From an uncultured Alphaproteobacteria bacterium (GTDB lineage: Bacteria > Pseudomonadota > Alphaproteobacteria > Rs-D84), in assembly GCA_963931495.1 (NCBI GenBank), contig OZ007020.1:120001-152000 (forward strand): 32,000 nucleotides of DNA. The letters run 5' to 3'. Below the pieces are notes generated by a model. The model was not told the origin of the DNA, did not search any database, and was given only the letters and a program-made list of their open reading frames with translations. Positions 1 to 8,293 of this stretch are shown one piece after another; position 1 is the stretch's first letter, and every line of letters starts with the position of its first letter. A program made the position numbers and the translations under genes.

Positions 1-621
1 CATTGTCGCATCAGACGCATCATCAGACGGCAAACGCCATAAATACAACGTGTTGTCCGTGTTAACAGATGTCGTTTCAATAATCCCCCCAGATGACGAT
101 ATACCCAAATCAATCGCATCAGCATGCCACGACCCAAATGTTCCATATGCACGTGTGCCGTCCAAAAATCCCATATTATCCCCACCCAGTGATACAATTT
201 CACGCGTGCGCATTGGACTGATTTCATCCGACGAAAAAACAATAACACCCTGTAAAGTTGCCCGTCCATTGGAATCATTGGATTTCAATACCCGTAATTG
301 ATACATATCACCTGCGTCGGTTAAATCAGCCGACACGCCATATGGAACCAGTTCAGAAATATTTACACGGGTTATATTACGCCCAACCGCCGACAATAAA
401 TTTTGACGATGATCCATTATATAGCGTTCCAGCGCATCTTGGATATCAGACATCTGGCGTGTTATTGCGATGTTTTCAGCACGCTGGGTAACGGTTTGTT
501 GATATTGAAATATAAACGGCATTATGATTGCCGCCAACGCAATACTCATCAACAATTCAACCAACATGCTGCCATGCTGGGATAATTTTTCGTGGTTAAA
601 AGGTATATGTATTCTGTTCAT
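1..621 (-). CDS. Type IV pilin-like (PilV / minor-pilin-like) protein; 5' end complete, 3' end runs off the window (at least 207 aa)
   Basis: Not in the supplied ORF track because there is no stop in the window. Hand translation of the minus strand from ATG 621-619 is uninterrupted down to position 1: MNRIHIPFNHEKLSQHG|SMLVELLMSIALAAIIMPFIFQYQQTVTQRAENIA...AYGTFGSWHADAIDLG...LYLWRLPSDDASDATM. The N-terminus is prepilin-type: Gly, Glu at +5, then about 20 hydrophobic residues. The start overlaps the stop of the upstream gene (ATGA, 618-621). Confidence 0.6.
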   Translation of the reverse strand, partial: MNRIHIPFNHEKLSQHGSMLVELLMSIALAAIIMPFIFQYQQTVTQRAENIAITRQMSDIQDALERYIMDHRQNLLSAVGRNITRVNISELVPYGVSADLTDAGDMYQLRVLKSNDSNGRATLQGVIVFSSDEISPMRTREIVSLGGDNMGFLDGTRAYGTFGSWHADAIDLGISSSGGIIETTSVNTDNTLYLWRLPSDDASDATM

Positions 622-1823
622 TGCACTAAATCCATTGGCATTGCACTGCGCCAATCATCAGACATTATTACCGAAAATTCATTTGCCACCGGTAATGCCG
701 GCACAGACGCACGACGCAGGTGTAATTCTGTGATACGTGGCGGGTTTAATGATGGAAATGTCCACGATCCAATTCGCAATGGTGCCGTCGTTGACATCAA
801 CAATTCGCCAGAAATTGTTAATCCAAAATTATCATAAAATATGATTTCTTCGGTTGATATAAATGATGTCTTGACCGTATGTGCAGATATACCTGTAAAT
901 GCACTGATTGTACGCGAAGAATCAGATTTTAATTCAAAATTATTTGCCACGTTTACAGAATTTGCCACCGTTGCCCGATCTGTTATTATCCGACCATTAG
1001 TTGAAAATCCATCGCCATTTAACTTGTTTGCATATATATTACGAAATCCAGACATATCACCTGTGACGCGCAATTTACCAAATGCTGTATTTTGTGCATC
1101 CAAACTGGCCCCAGATGAAAAGTACAGTGTATCGGCCGACAAACTAGCTGTTTCAATAAATGGCACAGATGCATTTTTTATCTTTCCAGAATCTGCAACA
1201 ACACCGCCAACATTGTAAGCACGATTTTTATTCATATTCAAATCACGAAACATTGTGTTCAGTTGTTCTTCGCTGTTTTCCGTACGATGCAGATATTTTG
1301 TTTTATCTTCGCCGGTGATATCGCGCGAAATTTTATATATTAAGTCCCCTGGACGAAAATCTGGGGCCGATACCGCCCATGCACCACCATATGCAATTCC
1401 GTCAGAACCCACAACCGCGGCATCAGAACCAATATGACGCGCAACCTGATTTGTACGCAAACTTGATTGATTCAAATCAAACGACAAATACACATCTGTG
1501 ACTGTTGCGCCATTTAATGAATATTTATCAATAAATCCTGCGACTGGGACATCGGATATTGAATCCAATTCTTCATCAGATAATTTTATCTGGGCAACAT
1601 CAGGCCAAGTATTTTGATTTAATCGGACAAAATTCAAAACACTGTCGCGCAAACCTATAATCTTGTTGGCCGCCGCAATATCACGCAACGTGTTATTTGT
1701 ATCGGCAATCTGGCCATACAAGAACGGCGCCGCCATCGCAACAATCGCCATGGCCAGTAATACTTCGGTCATACTGGCACCACGTTGTGAATTCGCAAAA
1801 ATACGCACCCTAGAAGCAGTCAC
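618..1823 (-). CDS. Large type IV pilin-like protein (PilV / tip-adhesin-like), 401 aa
   Basis: The N-terminus MTASRVRIFANSQRG|ASMTEVLLAMAIVAMAAPFLYGQI has a leader ending in Gly, Glu at +5 and a hydrophobic alpha1-N helix. The start is GTG at 1823, with an alternative GTG at 1808. It shares AYGG.W and YLHR...NTMFRDLNM motifs with the downstream paralogue. It overlaps the upstream gene by 14 nt. Confidence 0.65.
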   Translation of the reverse strand: MTASRVRIFANSQRGASMTEVLLAMAIVAMAAPFLYGQIADTNNTLRDIAAANKIIGLRDSVLNFVRLNQNTWPDVAQIKLSDEELDSISDVPVAGFIDKYSLNGATVTDVYLSFDLNQSSLRTNQVARHIGSDAAVVGSDGIAYGGAWAVSAPDFRPGDLIYKISRDITGEDKTKYLHRTENSEEQLNTMFRDLNMNKNRAYNVGGVVADSGKIKNASVPFIETASLSADTLYFSSGASLDAQNTAFGKLRVTGDMSGFRNIYANKLNGDGFSTNGRIITDRATVANSVNVANNFELKSDSSRTISAFTGISAHTVKTSFISTEEIIFYDNFGLTISGELLMSTTAPLRIGSWTFPSLNPPRITELHLRRASVPALPVANEFSVIMSDDWRSAMPMDLVQ

Positions 1824-3165
1824 TGCGCCCGTCCATTAAACACTGTTTGATATTTATACGTTGTTCCAATCTGTGCCAAAAGACATATTGGCATATTATG
1901 TATTGTGACAACGACATTTGATTATAGTTACCGTCCAGTTCACTGATTATCGCGCGGCAATCCGTTGTCTTTGAACTGTCCGCAGATGGATTATCAATAA
2001 CCTTTATCGCGCCATTATTTAATCCGTTCAATAAAATATCTGGTAATACAGATGTTCCCGCCGGCCGAATATCAATAACCACCGCCCCAGATTCGCCCTG
2101 GTTCAATGCATCCGATGTTTGATCGCGCATCGTTATGTTTGATGCCGCAATGTATCCGGTATCTATGCCACTGTTTGTAATATATTCTAAATCATCTGGG
2201 TCAATATAGACGTCTTGGCCGCGCGATGTATCAATATACGAACTGACATCCAATCTTTCTACGCTGAAATTAATATTTTCACTTAAAACATCACCATTTA
2301 CGTTCCAATCCGGCGGCCCATAAAAACTGGTGCGACCCGCCGACATTGAAAAATCATATACAGACGCAACATTTGATGTGAATGCACCCGTATCACCAAA
2401 CATGGATACCGTACGGGCATCAACACGCCCAACCAACAGCGTCCCACGCGTTAACGACAATGCTGCTTCGCCCAGGCTGTTTTGAAACACAGCATTATTG
2501 GCAATCATAACATCAATGTTACTGCGGGTGTTGCGACCGCTTTCCGTGCCGAACAGCGACAATGTTCCAAACTGGCCCGACGAAAATTCACCACGCGCCG
2601 CAAAAACATCACCACCATTGTTAAACGAAAAACCACCCATGTCTAAATCTGTCAAAAACGCACTGTTGTCCAAATTTGTTTCATTACGGCGAACAATGTC
2701 TGAAAAAGAATCATCCAATGCCAATCCGACAATAATATCATCACCAGATACAGATGCATAAAAACCAATCCTGCGCGCTAATTCCGCCAATTGAACCCCA
2801 GACAAATTTCCACCCGATAAACGCAAATATGCATTAACCAATGTTGCCGACTTGTTTATAACCAATGAAATATCTTGGTCCAATGCGGTACGTGCAACAA
2901 ACCCCAGGGGTAATCCATATGGTTCCAACAAATCAGAAAAATCATTCCCAGATACAACCGTCACATTATATGGCAAATCGGCCGCATTTTCGCGAATAAA
3001 TATACGCGCCGCAGTTTGCGCAACATCAACCTTTTGCGTTGCAGAAAACATCTGGGCATCCATATCACGCGCGGCCAAACGCTGGGCAAAAAAGGGGATA
3101 AAAGAAAATATCAACGTCAGTGCCAATAACGCTTGTAATAAAAAATTACCACTTTGTCTGTGCAC
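1810..3165 (-). CDS. Large pilin-like protein with Gln instead of Glu at +5, 451 aa; first gene of the operon
   Basis: A GTG start at 3165 lies 7 nt after AGGGGGG (complement of 3173-3179). The N-terminus is MHRQSG|NFLLQALLALTLIFSFIPFF. An internal block VRRNETNLDNSAFLTDLDMGGFSFNNGG matches the motif in the two downstream paralogues. The C-terminal ~50 aa contain 4 Cys. Confidence 0.6.
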   Translation of the reverse strand: MHRQSGNFLLQALLALTLIFSFIPFFAQRLAARDMDAQMFSATQKVDVAQTAARIFIRENAADLPYNVTVVSGNDFSDLLEPYGLPLGFVARTALDQDISLVINKSATLVNAYLRLSGGNLSGVQLAELARRIGFYASVSGDDIIVGLALDDSFSDIVRRNETNLDNSAFLTDLDMGGFSFNNGGDVFAARGEFSSGQFGTLSLFGTESGRNTRSNIDVMIANNAVFQNSLGEAALSLTRGTLLVGRVDARTVSMFGDTGAFTSNVASVYDFSMSAGRTSFYGPPDWNVNGDVLSENINFSVERLDVSSYIDTSRGQDVYIDPDDLEYITNSGIDTGYIAASNITMRDQTSDALNQGESGAVVIDIRPAGTSVLPDILLNGLNNGAIKVIDNPSADSSKTTDCRAIISELDGNYNQMSLSQYIICQYVFWHRLEQRINIKQCLMDGRSDCF

Positions 3166-3189
3166 AGAAAAGCCCCCCTGTTGTAAAAA

Positions 3190-3241
3190 ATGTTAGCAAC
3201 TGAAAAAAAATATTGCAATCAGTTTTAAGATGCTCTATTAT
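3190..3241. promoter_or_regulatory. Putative back-to-back sigma70-type promoters sharing one palindromic -35 hexamer
   Basis: TTGCAA at 3213-3218 is its own reverse complement. On the plus strand, a 17-nt spacer leads to TATTAT (3236-3241), upstream of the DUF4167 gene. On the minus strand, a 17-nt spacer leads to TAACAT (complement of 3190-3195), upstream of the pilin-like operon. This is motif reading only. Confidence 0.3.
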
Positions 3242-3310
3242 TCCCATGTTGAATAAAAAACAGTAACGGCAAAGGCCATAAAAATAATTTCCTGTTAAAA
3301 AAGAAAGAAA

Positions 3311-3631
3311 ATGCAAAATAAAAAAAACCAATCATCTGTTGGAATGATGATTCAACGTTGTCACAAATGGCGGCAAAAAAGAAAACAATACATGGACCAG
3401 GCACGTCAAACAACTGACGAAATTGAACGTGAACGCTTGATGCAGGCGGCCGAACACTATGGCCGTATTGTAAATGCGGAACAGGGAAAAATTGATTCCA
3501 CCCGTGATCCAAAGGACAAGGGGACAACCGCTGATGAAATTGCCGAAATCACACCGGATTCATCTGAAAATTCCGATGCCGGCGATGATGATGACGCGGG
3601 CTTTCCCGACTTTATAACAAACGGGAAGTAA
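3311..3631 (+). CDS. DUF4167-like small protein with an acidic C-terminal tail
   Basis: The core KQYMDQARQTTDEIERERLMQAAEHYGRIVNAEQ resembles the alphaproteobacterial DUF4167 consensus (..Y..LARDA...GDR..AEN..QHAEHY.RI), recalled from memory. The C-terminus is DSSENSDAGDDDDAGFPDF. The start could instead be the internal Met pair (MMIQR). Confidence 0.55.
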   Translation: MQNKKNQSSVGMMIQRCHKWRQKRKQYMDQARQTTDEIERERLMQAAEHYGRIVNAEQGKIDSTRDPKDKGTTADEIAEITPDSSENSDAGDDDDAGFPDFITNGK

Positions 3632-3705
3632 GTTGTATTGAACTGTACTTTATCCCTTGAATTTTTGCTGTGTTTTGCTATTCTTTTGCAAAAGGAAGTT
3701 TCAGC

Positions 3706-5229
3706 ATGGACAGCAATTATACAGTTTTAGCACGCAAATATCGCAGCCAAGATTTTCAATCTCTGATTGGCCAAGATGTATTGGTCAAGACATTAACCAC
3801 GGCGATTAATACAGGTCGCATCGCGCATGCATATATTTTTACCGGAATTCGCGGAACTGGAAAAACCAGTACCGCGCGCATATTGGCCAAGGCGTTAAAT
3901 TGTCTGTCGTCTGATGGACCAACCGCAACCCCATGCGGCGTGTGTGAAAACTGTCGCGCAATTGCCGCGGGCCAGCATATTGACGTAATGGAAATTGACG
4001 CCGCATCGCATACAGGTGTGGATAACATGCGCGATATCTTGGACGCCGCACAATATCGCCCAACAAATGGCCGGTACAAGGTTTACATCATTGACGAAGT
4101 TCACATGCTGTCAACCAGCGCATTTAACGCGTTATTAAAAACACTGGAAGAACCACCAGCACATGTCATCTTTATTCTGGCAACCACAGAAATACGCAAG
4201 GTTCCGGTTACAATACTGTCGCGTTGTCAACGATTTGACCTGGTTCGGGTACCACTGGAAACATTAAAAAAACATTTTGCATGGATTGCAGACCAAGAAA
4301 AAATTGAACTGTCTGATGGCGCAAATGAATTGTTGGCACGGGCCGCCGATGGTTCGGTGCGTGACGGGTTGTCTTTGCTGGACCAGGCGATTGCACAAAC
4401 TGGCGGACATGTTGATGAAAAATCTGTGTTGGATATGTTAAAGCGCACTGACCGTGGGGTTGTGGTTGATTTTATGGAAACACTGTTGTCGGGCGATGTG
4501 GCGGCGGCGCTGGCACGGGCAGATGATATATATACCAATGGCGCGGATTTTGCAATGTTGCTGAACGACATGATGGAATGGACGCACTGGGCAACACGCA
4601 TGCATCCCGCACTGAAAGCCGGCGATGCAAATAATTCACCATATACCGCGGACCAGCGTGAAAAAATGCGCCAAATTGATGCGCGGATTTCATTAAATAC
4701 TTTGTCGCGAATATGGCAAGTTATGGTCGCATCTGTACCAGAAATCCAATCCGCCGGAAATCAAAAGCAATGTTTTGATATGTTAATTGTGCGACTGATG
4801 CATATCGCAGATATGCCATCTGTGCCGGAATTGTTAAAGCGAAATCCAGAAACATTAAAGCCAACACCTGTACAGCCAGCGGCTAAAAACACAACCATAA
4901 ATATTAATAATGCCGAAGATTTGGCAAATGCGCTGAAATCGTCCAAAGAAATTCTGTTGTATTCGTACTATACCAGTAATATAGAAATCGCAGAAATCAC
5001 CAGTGGACACATTAAATACTTTGACCGCAAAGGCGACGCGGATTTCGCACAAAAATTATCGGCATGGCTGAATGATAAAACAGGTAATCCGTGGACACTG
5101 GAACGTGTGACAGAATCACAACACACACATACATTGACCGAACAAAAGCAAGAAGAACTGGAATCTGACCCATTGGTTGCCAGTGCGATGGATTTATTCG
5201 CAGATGCGGAAATCGTCGGCGTTAAATAA
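3706..5229 (+). CDS. dnaX: DNA polymerase III subunit tau/gamma
   Basis: Motifs present: Walker A GIRGTGKTSTARILAKALNC, Zn module CGVCENCRAI, Walker B IIDEVHMLS and SRCQRF. I prefer ATG 3706 (AAGGAAG 7 nt upstream) over the track start at 3670. Confidence 0.93.
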   Translation: MDSNYTVLARKYRSQDFQSLIGQDVLVKTLTTAINTGRIAHAYIFTGIRGTGKTSTARILAKALNCLSSDGPTATPCGVCENCRAIAAGQHIDVMEIDAASHTGVDNMRDILDAAQYRPTNGRYKVYIIDEVHMLSTSAFNALLKTLEEPPAHVIFILATTEIRKVPVTILSRCQRFDLVRVPLETLKKHFAWIADQEKIELSDGANELLARAADGSVRDGLSLLDQAIAQTGGHVDEKSVLDMLKRTDRGVVVDFMETLLSGDVAAALARADDIYTNGADFAMLLNDMMEWTHWATRMHPALKAGDANNSPYTADQREKMRQIDARISLNTLSRIWQVMVASVPEIQSAGNQKQCFDMLIVRLMHIADMPSVPELLKRNPETLKPTPVQPAAKNTTININNAEDLANALKSSKEILLYSYYTSNIEIAEITSGHIKYFDRKGDADFAQKLSAWLNDKTGNPWTLERVTESQHTHTLTEQKQEELESDPLVASAMDLFADAEIVGVK

Positions 5230-5248
5230 ACAAAAGGATAAATATATC

Positions 5249-5707
5249 ATGAAACAGGAATACGGGGCATCTTTGATTGAAATTGTCGGCGTATTGGCAA
5301 TCGCTGGTTTAATGAGTGGCGCCGCCATCGGTATGTATAATGTTATTCGCAATAACCAGGCGCGCAAAATCGCATCTGTGGAAATGCAAGAAATCGCACG
5401 CGATGCCAAACTGTTGATGGAAATGCGCGGTGACTATACGGGGATATCTGTGGATTATTTGGTTGAACAAGGTGCGCTGGCCAATAATCATGCGCCAATT
5501 GGGGGCGACAATTGGTCCGTGACCGCAACCAGTGATGGCCAGGCATTTTCAATTAACCTGACTGATTTAAGCCAAGGCGAATGCCAATATTTTGCCACCA
5601 CACCACCACAATGGGCCGCGCGCGTCATCGTGAACGGTTTTGAAACAGACATTTCGGATAACTGTTTTACAACAAATACGAATCAATTATCGTTTGTGGT
5701 TGAATAA
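5249..5707 (+). CDS. Type IV pilin (major-pilin-sized, 152 aa)
   Basis: MKQEYG|ASLIEIVGVLAIAGLMSGAAIGMYNVI has a short leader, Gly at -1 and Glu at +5. A C-terminal Cys pair (GECQYF...26 aa...DNCF) is typical of the pilin D-region. ATG 5249 follows AGGA and lies 19 nt after the dnaX stop. The track start at 5177 overlaps dnaX and I reject it. Confidence 0.8.
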   Translation: MKQEYGASLIEIVGVLAIAGLMSGAAIGMYNVIRNNQARKIASVEMQEIARDAKLLMEMRGDYTGISVDYLVEQGALANNHAPIGGDNWSVTATSDGQAFSINLTDLSQGECQYFATTPPQWAARVIVNGFETDISDNCFTTNTNQLSFVVE

Positions 5708-5710
5708 CAG

Positions 5711-6385
5711 ATGAATGTATGCAAGGTTATTTTTATCGGACTGTTTGCGTTGGCTGGATGTGCCCAATATCACAGCCCCCAGCGCAGCACATGGCCCGAA
5801 TACCTGCGTGGGGCCAGTTTTACCGACATGACCGAAACGGCACGTATCGCCAAGCGACCGGTATATATGGGCGCCGGTGGAAAATTGGTCAGTTCACTGG
5901 ACACGCCGGCACAAATGGATTATGGCGACGCCACAGAAAATCAGACGGCAATCAGTCTGAATTACATGACAAGTTTGGAATATGAATTGTATGATGCATT
6001 ACGTAAGCCGGGGATTTCTGTACAGCGTGCCGGGACAGATGTTGTGCTTATATTGGTGCGCGATGCAATTATGGAACTGGATGTCGCAGATATATCCCCA
6101 GATGGGGCCGATACATTAAAAATTATATCCAAAATACTTAAAAAATACGACGCAACATTTATGGAAATCGCCGGGTATACCGACGCAATGCGCAATCAAC
6201 AGGCTGCGGACGCACTGTCGTTGGATATGGCACAACGTGTCGGCGTATTCTTGTCCCAAAACGGAATTAATACCACCCGCATGTTTATCGTTGGGCGCGG
6301 CGCAGCACGCCCAATCGCCGCCCAGGATGATATTGGACGTCTGACCAACAGACGGGTTGAAATCCGTCTGGTACCGGCACGATAG
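5711..6385 (+). CDS. OmpA-family peptidoglycan-binding lipoprotein
   Basis: The lipobox is FALAGC near the N-terminus. The C-terminal OmpA-like domain reads GYTDAMRNQQAADALSLDMAQRVGVFLSQNGI...GRGAARPIA...TNRRVEIRLV. The gene starts 3 nt after the pilin stop. Confidence 0.85.
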   Translation: MNVCKVIFIGLFALAGCAQYHSPQRSTWPEYLRGASFTDMTETARIAKRPVYMGAGGKLVSSLDTPAQMDYGDATENQTAISLNYMTSLEYELYDALRKPGISVQRAGTDVVLILVRDAIMELDVADISPDGADTLKIISKILKKYDATFMEIAGYTDAMRNQQAADALSLDMAQRVGVFLSQNGINTTRMFIVGRGAARPIAAQDDIGRLTNRRVEIRLVPAR

Positions 6386-6460
6386 CACAAGAATAAGTTT
6401 CGCTTTCATTTTCAAAAAAATGTTGCTATACTGCAACCATAAACAAAAAAGGATGGAATC

Positions 6461-7126
6461 ATGGCAAATAAAAATTCAGAAAATCCGGCTGTAAAAAAGT
6501 ATGTAAAAACAGGTATTATTGCGGCAATCGTTATCGCGGTGGCGGCGGTTGGTGTATGGGCGATATCTGCGGTACGTTCCAGTGGCGGGGCCAGCGTTGA
6601 AGAAGCAATGGCCGTTGTATCACCTGATGCGGCAAATGCGGCAGATTTGCGTATCGCGGTAATTCGTATGGACGCAATCCAAACAGACGCAGCGGTATTA
6701 AAGGATTTGACAGAACAACGCGCAAAATACGAAAACGAATTGCGCGATGAACTGGAATCCAGACAAAAAGAACTGGAAACAGAAAAAACAGAAATTGAAA
6801 AATCCCAGGATGTTTTATCACGCGATGCGTTGCAACGCCGTATCGTTGATTATCAAAATCGCGTAACTGAACTGCAACGCGATTTAACTGAACGTGCACA
6901 AAGTGTGGAATTATCTTATCAAAAGGCTCTGAATGAAATCCAGACAAAGCATTTGGACCCGGTCATAGAAGGTATCATTGCAAAAAAGAACTTGGCATTG
7001 GTGATTGATGGCCGCTTTGCACGAATTGGTGAAAACGCAACTAATTTGGATATAACAAACGAAGTTATTTCGGCGTTGGATAAGAAAGTTTCTAAAATCA
7101 AAATGGAAACACCCCAGGGCTTTTAA
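6461..7126 (+). CDS. skp: OmpH/Skp-family periplasmic chaperone
   Basis: An N-terminal hydrophobic anchor is followed by a long charged coiled-coil (EQRAKYENELRDELESRQKELETEKTEIEK). The position immediately upstream of lpxD is canonical. AAGGATGG precedes the ATG. Confidence 0.75.
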   Translation: MANKNSENPAVKKYVKTGIIAAIVIAVAAVGVWAISAVRSSGGASVEEAMAVVSPDAANAADLRIAVIRMDAIQTDAAVLKDLTEQRAKYENELRDELESRQKELETEKTEIEKSQDVLSRDALQRRIVDYQNRVTELQRDLTERAQSVELSYQKALNEIQTKHLDPVIEGIIAKKNLALVIDGRFARIGENATNLDITNEVISALDKKVSKIKMETPQGF

Positions 7127-7227
7127 GCACCAGAATCATAAAACATACAAACGTCGTCGTTATGGCGGCGTTTGTTTTATAATTAAAATATGTTTTGAAT
7201 TTACAAATTTTTGGGTATAATTCCGTC

Positions 7228-8271
7228 ATGTTAAATAAAATAAAGTCTTGGTTTATGCCGGCGGCCACACAAACAACAGCCGGTCAATTGGCTGAAAAAT
7301 TCGGCCTGGAACTGCGTGGAAATCCACAAACAGTGGTGCGCGGGGTCGCACCAATTGCCGATGCGCGCCCGGGACAATTGGCGTTCTATTCCACAGAACA
7401 AAACAGTTCGGCATTCAAAATATTACCAATTGATGTATTAAAAAATACTCGTGCCAGTGTAATTTTGGTTCAACCCGAACATGTGTCTGATGCACCGCGT
7501 GGGACGACGTTGTTGGTTACGGATTCGCCGCGCGGGAATATTGTAAAAATATTGGGCGAAATATATCGCGAACAACCACGGTACGGCATCAGTCGCCGTG
7601 CAACAATTGAACGTGGCGTTTTTTTCAGAAAACGCGCCACGGTATATGTCGGGCAATATGCGACCATTGAACGTGGCGCAGTTATTGAACCAGATGTGAA
7701 AATATATCCAGGGGCATATATCGGGCGCAACGTCACAATTGGGCGTGGAACAATTATTCAAACGGGCGCACATATTGAAAATGCGACAATTGGTTCTGAT
7801 TGCGTGATAAATTCTGGGGCGGTTATCGGCAAAGATGGATTTGGATACACACGACAAAACGGCCACAATGTATTTATTCCGCATGTCGGACGTGTCGTAA
7901 TTGGAAATCGCGTGTCGGTTGGTGCGAACACCTGTATTGACCGTGGCGCAATGACAGATACACGAATTGGTGATGGTACCAAAATTGACAATTTGTGCCA
8001 AATCGCACATGGTGTTGTTATTGGATGCGAATGTTTTCTGGCGGGCGGTGTCGGACTGGCGGGTGGTGTTGTTGTCGGCGACCGCGCATTACTGGCGGGC
8101 CAGGTTGGAATTGCAAACGGCGTACATATTGGTAATGATGCCGAAGTTGGCGCGCACAGCGGTGTATTCAGAAACGTCCCAGATGGCGCACGTCATATGG
8201 GATATCCTGCGGGCCCGGGTACAGAATTTATGCGACATTATGCATGGTTGCGCAAACAAGTAAAAAATTAA
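7228..8271 (+). CDS. lpxD: UDP-3-O-acylglucosamine N-acyltransferase
   Basis: The LpxD N-terminal region is (Q)[33 protein letters not shown], followed by left-handed beta-helix hexapeptide repeats. The start is uncertain: ATG 7228 is preferred, 7255 is possible, and the track start 7195 is a TTG. Confidence 0.9.
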   Translation: MLNKIKSWFMPAATQTTAGQLAEKFGLELRGNPQTVVRGVAPIADARPGQLAFYSTEQNSSAFKILPIDVLKNTRASVILVQPEHVSDAPRGTTLLVTDSPRGNIVKILGEIYREQPRYGISRRATIERGVFFRKRATVYVGQYATIERGAVIEPDVKIYPGAYIGRNVTIGRGTIIQTGAHIENATIGSDCVINSGAVIGKDGFGYTRQNGHNVFIPHVGRVVIGNRVSVGANTCIDRGAMTDTRIGDGTKIDNLCQIAHGVVIGCECFLAGGVGLAGGVVVGDRALLAGQVGIANGVHIGNDAEVGAHSGVFRNVPDGARHMGYPAGPGTEFMRHYAWLRKQVKN

Positions 8272-8293
8272 ATCTGATTTCAAGGGGGAATAA

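Noticed and set aside
50-837. Several short plus-strand ORFs (60-83 aa) at the left edge, which are the only ORFs the track lists for 1..617.
   Set aside because: The minus strand is open across the whole interval and encodes a protein with a clear prepilin N-terminus that is paralogous to the adjacent gene. The plus-strand ORFs are short, overlapping and featureless.
618-3200. Looked for a shufflon architecture: short inverted sfx-like repeats, alternative C-terminal cassettes on the opposite strand, and an rci recombinase. The plus-strand ORFs 841..1218, 2498..2761 and 2852..3196 were considered as inverted cassettes.
   Set aside because: I could not find repeated 15-20 bp inverted sequences by eye. 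No recombinase is in the window, and the plus-strand ORFs lack any pilin-like or adhesin-like continuity. A computational inverted-repeat scan is still needed to exclude this.
4266-4272. An A7 run inside dnaX, in the frame tt[A AAA AAA], which looks like a -1 slippery heptamer analogous to the E. coli tau/gamma frameshift site.
   Set aside because: It lies at about codon 187, inside the ATPase lid region, not after domain III as in E. coli. The -1 frame hits a stop after about 12 codons, giving a roughly 200-aa product that could not act as gamma. No downstream stem-loop or upstream SD-like stimulator is visible.
7156-7190. An imperfect hairpin (CAAACG.CG.C / GCGGCGTTTG) plus TTTTAT after skp, as a possible terminator between skp and lpxD.
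   Set aside because: The stem has mismatches and the T tract is short. skp-lpxD-fabZ is normally one operon. This is too weak to call as a feature.
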